Source: Flavobacteriales bacterium (GTDB lineage: Bacteria > Bacteroidota > Bacteroidia > Flavobacteriales_F > PHOS-HE28). From it: a stretch of DNA of 64,000 nucleotides. The DNA lies in the NCBI GenBank assembly GCA_016713865.1, contig JADJOG010000002.1:126629-190628 (forward strand), given 5' to 3'. Position 1 is the stretch's first letter. Each line of letters begins with the position of its first letter. Shown here piece after piece: positions 59,534 through 64,000 of the stretch. Under the pieces are notes generated by a model that saw only the letters and a list, made by a program, of their open reading frames with translations, was not told where the DNA came from and did no database searches. The position numbers and the translations under genes are program-made.

Positions 59534-60830
59534 CGTGCGCCGCTTCATCCGCCGCGAGCGGATGCTGGAGCCGCAGGAACCATTGCATGTGGCCGTGAGC
59601 GGCGGCATCGACAGCATGGTGCTCTTGCACGCGCTGCGCAGCCTCGGACATACGTGCTCCGTGCTGCACGTGGATCATGGATTACGTGGCGCGGAGAGCG
59701 ATGCGGACAGGTGCTTCGTAGAGGAGCATTGCCTTCGTGAAGGCATCCCATTCCGCTGGAAGAGGGTTGATGCAGGCGTGCATGCGAAGAGCAAGGGCCT
59801 TTCGATCCAGATGGCGGCGCGCGAACTGCGCTATGACTTCTTCGCCGAGGTGTGGAAGGAGCAGCCCATAAAGACCGCGCTCGCGCACCATGCCGATGAT
59901 GCCGTGGAGACCTTGCTCATGCATTTGATGCGCGGAGTCGGTGTATTCGGCTGGAGCACCATCCCGCCGGTGAGCGGTGTATTCGTTCGTCCGCTCATGT
60001 GTGTCGATCGCCAAGCGATTGAAGCGTATGCCAAGGAGCACGGCATCAACTTCCGTGAGGACAGCAGCAATGCCGATGTGAAGTACTTGCGCAATCGCGT
60101 GCGCCAAGAATTGCTGCCTTTGATGGAAAGCATGCGCCCCGGCGCGAAACGGGCCATGGCGCGCGGCGTGAAAACGCTTCGTGAATTGGAGCGCGCTGGT
60201 GAGATGGTGCGAAGCGTTGAGCCTGTGTCGCTGGCGGAGGAAAAGACCTTGCGCATCCCCTTCGCAGCCGTGGAGAAGAGCCCAATGCCAACTTTATTGC
60301 TGCACCAACTGCTCAGGCATCTTGGCTTCCACCCCGATGCGCTGGAGCGCCTGCATGACGCCATCCTCGAACGGAATACCGGTGCCGAATTCATGGCAGG
60401 GGGCTGGCGCGCCATCGTTGATCGCGACTGCGTGATCGTTGGGCCCATGCCTTCCGAACGGCCTGCATTCACCATCGACCTGCACCAGCCGACCGGCAAT
60501 TGCGCAGGCTTCAGTTGGAGCCTTTTGGAAGGGGAGCCTATCGCCCTGCCCGATTCCATGGAAGAAGCGCTGCTCGATGCCGACCGCCTCGAGTTTCCGA
60601 TTGAGTTGAGGCCATGGCGCCCCGGCGACCGCATGCGGCCCATCGGCTTGGGCGGCAGCAAGCTCATCAGCGACATCCTCATCGATGCCAAGGTTCCAAG
60701 GGATCGGAAGGACTTGGCCTATGTGCTTGTGAGCGCGGGAGAGGTGGTTTGGCTGGTCGGGCACCGCATTGCCGAGGGTTTCCAGGCCACCAAAGGCAGC
60801 GCGCGTTTGCTGCGCATCCGGAAGGTCTGA
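59511..60830 (+). CDS. tilS: tRNA(Ile)-lysidine synthetase
   Basis: PP-loop VAVSGGIDSMVLL. 439 aa. 23-nt overlap with pabB. Confidence 0.9.
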   Translation: MHLQLLDDVRRFIRRERMLEPQEPLHVAVSGGIDSMVLLHALRSLGHTCSVLHVDHGLRGAESDADRCFVEEHCLREGIPFRWKRVDAGVHAKSKGLSIQMAARELRYDFFAEVWKEQPIKTALAHHADDAVETLLMHLMRGVGVFGWSTIPPVSGVFVRPLMCVDRQAIEAYAKEHGINFREDSSNADVKYLRNRVRQELLPLMESMRPGAKRAMARGVKTLRELERAGEMVRSVEPVSLAEEKTLRIPFAAVEKSPMPTLLLHQLLRHLGFHPDALERLHDAILERNTGAEFMAGGWRAIVDRDCVIVGPMPSERPAFTIDLHQPTGNCAGFSWSLLEGEPIALPDSMEEALLDADRLEFPIELRPWRPGDRMRPIGLGGSKLISDILIDAKVPRDRKDLAYVLVSAGEVVWLVGHRIAEGFQATKGSARLLRIRKV

Positions 60831-60907
60831 GCGTCCACGTCTTTTCAACGGGGGCTTGCATGGGTGGGCCAAGCGGCTAACTTCACCCGTCCCAAAACCC
60901 CTGTTCC

Positions 60908-61195
60908 ATGCCGCAGCATACCATGATCCCGAAGGAGCGCATCCCCTCGCTTCGCTTCCCGCGTCAGCCCGTGCCCTTGAGTGCAGCAGAGCACCAGGAG
61001 ATCGAAAGGAAAATGCAGCAGGCCACGCGCCTCGGCAATGGCGAGCACGGCAAGTGCCGCATCGTTTTCCAGGATGATGAAGGCTTGAAGGCCGTGGAGA
61101 CCACCATCTGGGCCTACGATCCGCAGAACATCGTGCTCAAGTACGGCATGACCATCCCTGTGTCGCGCGTGGTGAGCATCGAGTTCCCTTCGTGA
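60908..61195 (+). CDS. conserved hypothetical small protein
   Basis: 95 aa, ATG at 60908. Protein-like composition (RLGNGEHGKCRIVFQDDEGLKAVETTIWAYD). No family name recalled. Confidence 0.5.
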   Translation: MPQHTMIPKERIPSLRFPRQPVPLSAAEHQEIERKMQQATRLGNGEHGKCRIVFQDDEGLKAVETTIWAYDPQNIVLKYGMTIPVSRVVSIEFPS

Positions 61196-61290
61196 ACAAT
61201 CATTAACGCTGGTGCAGGATCCCTAGGATCCGGCGCTTGGCCCGCCTCCACGGTGCAGGGGTCCGGTTAGTTTTGCGACCGGTCCACACC

Positions 61291-61731
61291 ATGCTCGCAC
61301 TCCTAACGCTTGCCTCGCTCTTCTTCACCGCGCCATCGAGCCCGGTGAAATGGAAGTTCAGCGCCAGCCCCTCGGGCAATGGCGTGGTGCGCGTCGATAT
61401 CCGCACCGAAGTGGAAGAAGGCTGGCACATCTACGCCACCACCTTGCCAAGCGACGAAGGACCTGTTGCAACGAGCATCCGGTTCGCTCCTTCCGAAGCT
61501 TACGCCTTGGTCGATGCCTTGGTTGAGCCGCAGCCCGTTGAGGTTTACGATCCGAACTTCGGCATGGTGGTGCGCTACCACAATGGCTCGCCGTCCTTCG
61601 CCCAACTGATCAAGCCTGTTGTTCCCGGAGCCATTGATGTTGCGGGTGAAGTGGAGTTCATGGTTTGCAACGACAAGACCTGCCTGCCGCCTGTCGTGGT
61701 GCCGTTCAAACTGCGGGTTGAATCGATGTGA
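61291..61731 (+). CDS. stand-alone DsbD N-terminal (alpha) domain protein
   Basis: ATG at 61291 with a signal peptide. VKWKFSA...EEGWHIYA...FMVCNDKTCLPP mirrors the N-domain of the downstream dsbD (VKWTMAS...EHGWSLYS...YMTCNDEMCLPP). Confidence 0.7.
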   Translation: MLALLTLASLFFTAPSSPVKWKFSASPSGNGVVRVDIRTEVEEGWHIYATTLPSDEGPVATSIRFAPSEAYALVDALVEPQPVEVYDPNFGMVVRYHNGSPSFAQLIKPVVPGAIDVAGEVEFMVCNDKTCLPPVVVPFKLRVESM

Positions 61732-61733
61732 AG

Positions 61734-63797
61734 ATGATGCGAACGACGACAAGCCTCCTCTTCTCGGCCTTATTCCTCTTGCTCAGTCTGAGCGCTCGTG
61801 CGCAAGGCCATGGCGGTGCGAACCCGGATCCGGTGAAGTGGACCATGGCCTCCAAGGACCTGGGCAATGGTCGCTGGGAGTTGGTCATCCAAGCGAGCAT
61901 CGAGCATGGGTGGTCGCTTTACTCGCAGATGGACTACGGCGACATGGGTCCTTGGCCCACCTCCGTCGTAGTGGATAGCGTTGGCGGTGTGCAAGCAAAG
62001 GAGAAGGCTGCTGAGACCGGCGCGAAGGTGATTGAGGGCATCGACCCCGTGTTCGGCATCGAAGTGAAGAAGTTCAAGGAGTCGGCCACCTTCACGCAAG
62101 CGATCACGGTTCCGGATGGCGAGAAGCCGATGACGGGCTACTTCGAGTACATGACCTGCAACGATGAGATGTGCTTGCCGCCCGCTACGGTGTACTTCAT
62201 CATCGGCCTGGCCTCCGGAACCTATGAGCTCGGCGATGTCTCCTTCGATCCCAACGACCCCAAGTTCGCGGGGCTTTCAACCCGCACCGACGCCGCAGAG
62301 CTGAAGATGCAAGGCGTCGATCTGGAGAATCCCGTGGTGCGCGATGGCGGTGCGCGTCAGGATAAAGAGAGCTCCTTGCTGTGGATCTTCATGCTCGGCT
62401 TCATCGGCGGTTTGGTCGCGCTGCTCACGCCCTGCGTGTTCCCGATGATCCCGCTCACGGTGAGCTTCTTCACCAAGAGCAGCCAGGATCGCGCCACCGG
62501 ATTGAAGAACGCGCTCACCTACGGCGGCTTCATCTTCCTCATCTACCTGCTCTTCAGCCTGCCCTTCCACTTGCTGGGCAGCGTGAACCCGGAGATCTTC
62601 AACGAGATCAGCACCAACCCGTGGCTCAACATCGGCTTCTTCGTCATCTTCATCGTCTTCGCCATCTCCTTCTTCGGTTACTTCGAGATCACCCTGCCCA
62701 GCAGCTGGGTGAACAAGATGGACAGCAACGCCAGCAAGTTCGGCGGCCTCATCGGCACTTTCTTCATGGCCCTCACGCTGGCGCTGGTCTCCTTCAGCTG
62801 CACAGGTCCCATCCTCGGCTCCTTGCTCGCAGGCGCGCTCACGGCCGATGGCGGCGCATGGCAGCTCACCGTGGGCATGGGCGGCTTCGGCTTCGCGCTC
62901 GCATTGCCATTCGGCCTGTTCGCGCTCTTCCCCGGTTGGCTCAACAGCTTGCCACGTAGCGGTAGCTGGCTCAACAGCGTGAAGGTGGTGCTCGGCTTCG
63001 TGGAGATTGCCCTTGCATTCAAGTTCCTCAGCATGGCCGATCTGGTGATGAAGTGGGGCCTCATTCCTTACGAACTCTTCCTCGCCATCTGGGTCATCTG
63101 CGGCATTGGCATCGTGCTCTACCTCTTCGGCAAGATCCGTTTCCCGCACGATAGCCCCGTGAAAGGCTACGCGCCCATGCGCATCTTCTTCATCGCCGCC
63201 TTCAGCCTCTTCACCGTGTACATGGCCATGGGTTTCCGCTACGACGACAAGGCGCATACATGGGCGCCCGTTGGTCTGCTCAGCGGCATCTCGCCCTCGC
63301 CGGGCTACAGCTGGATATTCCCCACGGAATGTCCTGCGGGTCTTGCCTGTTACCACGACATCGAGAGCGGCATGGCCGAAGCGAAGCGCAGCGGCAAGCC
63401 CATGCTCATTGACTTCACCGGCTATGGCTGCGCGAATTGCCGCAAGATGGAAGATTACGTGTGGCCCGTTCCGGAGATCAATCGCTTGATCAACGATCAG
63501 TACGTGCTGGTATCGCTCTACGTGGACTCGAAAGCTGAATTGCCCAAGGATGAGCAGTTCATCTACGAGACCAGCAACGGCACCAAGAAGCCCATCCTCA
63601 CCGTGGGGAACAAGTGGGCCACCTTGCAGACCGAGACCTTCAAGAGCGCCACGCAGCCACTGTATGCACTGCTGAGCCCCGATGGCAAATTGCTCACGGA
63701 TCCCGTGGGCTACACGCCGGCGGTTGAGGACTACAAGGCATTCCTCGAGCGCGGCGTGCAAGGCATGCAGGTGCTGAAGCAGCAGGCGGGGAGGTAG
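61734..63797 (+). CDS. dsbD: thiol:disulfide interchange protein DsbD
   Basis: N-terminal alpha domain. Central multi-TM domain with Cys (LLTPCVFPMIPL, SFSCTGPILG). C-terminal thioredoxin fold with GYGCANCRKME. Start is ATG at 61734 or GTG at 61728. Confidence 0.9.
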   Translation: MMRTTTSLLFSALFLLLSLSARAQGHGGANPDPVKWTMASKDLGNGRWELVIQASIEHGWSLYSQMDYGDMGPWPTSVVVDSVGGVQAKEKAAETGAKVIEGIDPVFGIEVKKFKESATFTQAITVPDGEKPMTGYFEYMTCNDEMCLPPATVYFIIGLASGTYELGDVSFDPNDPKFAGLSTRTDAAELKMQGVDLENPVVRDGGARQDKESSLLWIFMLGFIGGLVALLTPCVFPMIPLTVSFFTKSSQDRATGLKNALTYGGFIFLIYLLFSLPFHLLGSVNPEIFNEISTNPWLNIGFFVIFIVFAISFFGYFEITLPSSWVNKMDSNASKFGGLIGTFFMALTLALVSFSCTGPILGSLLAGALTADGGAWQLTVGMGGFGFALALPFGLFALFPGWLNSLPRSGSWLNSVKVVLGFVEIALAFKFLSMADLVMKWGLIPYELFLAIWVICGIGIVLYLFGKIRFPHDSPVKGYAPMRIFFIAAFSLFTVYMAMGFRYDDKAHTWAPVGLLSGISPSPGYSWIFPTECPAGLACYHDIESGMAEAKRSGKPMLIDFTGYGCANCRKMEDYVWPVPEINRLINDQYVLVSLYVDSKAELPKDEQFIYETSNGTKKPILTVGNKWATLQTETFKSATQPLYALLSPDGKLLTDPVGYTPAVEDYKAFLERGVQGMQVLKQQAGR

Positions 63798-63832
63798 CTT
63801 GTTGTCGGCGGAGATGACGCATCTTCGCACGG

Positions 63833-64000
63833 ATGACCACCGACCGCGTTCGATCGCACTTCACCGAGGCCGCTGAGGTCCTCGCACGTTTCACGGCCGA
63901 CCCCGCCAACATCGCTGCCGTGGAGCAGGGCGCCGCCTTCATGAGCTATTGCCTGAAGCAGGGCGCCAAGGTGATCAGCTGCGGCAACGGCGGCAGCATG
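63833..64000 (+). CDS. gmhA: SIS-domain phosphoheptose isomerase (3' end outside the window)
   Basis: ATG at 63833. MTTDRVRSHFTEAAEVL...KVISCGNGGSM matches the N-terminus of GmhA-type SIS proteins. Only 56 codons are visible. Confidence 0.6.
   Translation, partial: MTTDRVRSHFTEAAEVLARFTADPANIAAVEQGAAFMSYCLKQGAKVISCGNGGSM

Noticed and set aside
61216-61236. GGATCCctaGGATCC palindrome in the spacer before the DsbD-alpha gene as a regulatory site.
   Set aside because: It is only a 6-bp stem made of two self-complementary BamHI-type hexamers with a 3-nt loop. This is too short to distinguish from chance.
1-64000. Mobile genetic element, prophage, integron or defence island somewhere in the window.
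   Set aside because: I recognised no transposase, integrase, recombinase, phage structural gene, restriction-modification, toxin-antitoxin, Cas or other defence-type ATPase or nuclease gene. The only compositional outlier is the single 0.5-kb orphan gene at 32223-32744, which has no flanking repeats.
1-64000. rRNA, tRNA, tmRNA or other structured RNA genes.
   Set aside because: Intergenic gaps are short, mostly under 120 nt, and are accounted for by promoters, hairpin terminators or short repeats. I could not fold a cloverleaf-like sequence or find conserved RNA motifs by eye. A covariance-model scan (Infernal/tRNAscan) would be the decisive check.

Overview
High-GC (about 60%) chromosomal segment, probably from a T9SS-bearing member of the Bacteroidota. 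Evidence for that placement: four cargo genes with T9SS-type C-terminal sorting domains, a PorV-like/PorU-like pair, a DUF5686-lptB pair, and kynurenine-pathway NAD genes. About 60 protein-coding genes are supportable. I found no rRNA, tRNA, CRISPR array, transposase, integrase or recognisable phage or defence gene.

Housekeeping genes: prfB, fumC, rnd, manC, mlaEF-like, gcvP, kynU-kmo, recQ, tatC, lptB, purS, pssA, lnt, pabB, tilS, dsbD, gmhA.

Two accessory-looking blocks stand out:
1. A 10-kb, 14-gene, single-strand sulfur block (3990-13931). It runs ArsR-type regulator, TauE, persulfide-dioxygenase/rhodanese fusion, two YeeE/YedE genes, membrane-anchored dihaem cytochrome c, Tat-exported SoxB/UshA-like hydrolase, secreted DsrE-like protein, porin, rhodanese, DUF2892, thioredoxin, rhodanese. 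Two palindromes sit in front of the regulator.
2. T9SS-related loci: three tandem cargo paralogs (19105-24907), and a translationally coupled PorV-like gene plus a ~1725-aa C25 peptidase (48935-55210).

The most pervasive signal is technical or degenerative. About 18 single-base frame breaks occur in 12 conserved genes, mostly in homopolymer runs, plus one in-frame TGA. I read this mainly as sequencing or assembly error.

I do not see a clear-cut novel defence-type system. The best candidates for undescribed biology are the periplasmic half of the sulfur block, the PorV/PorU-like pair, a low-GC orphan membrane gene, and two families of short intergenic repeats. All family calls come from motif recognition by eye. 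No database search was run.
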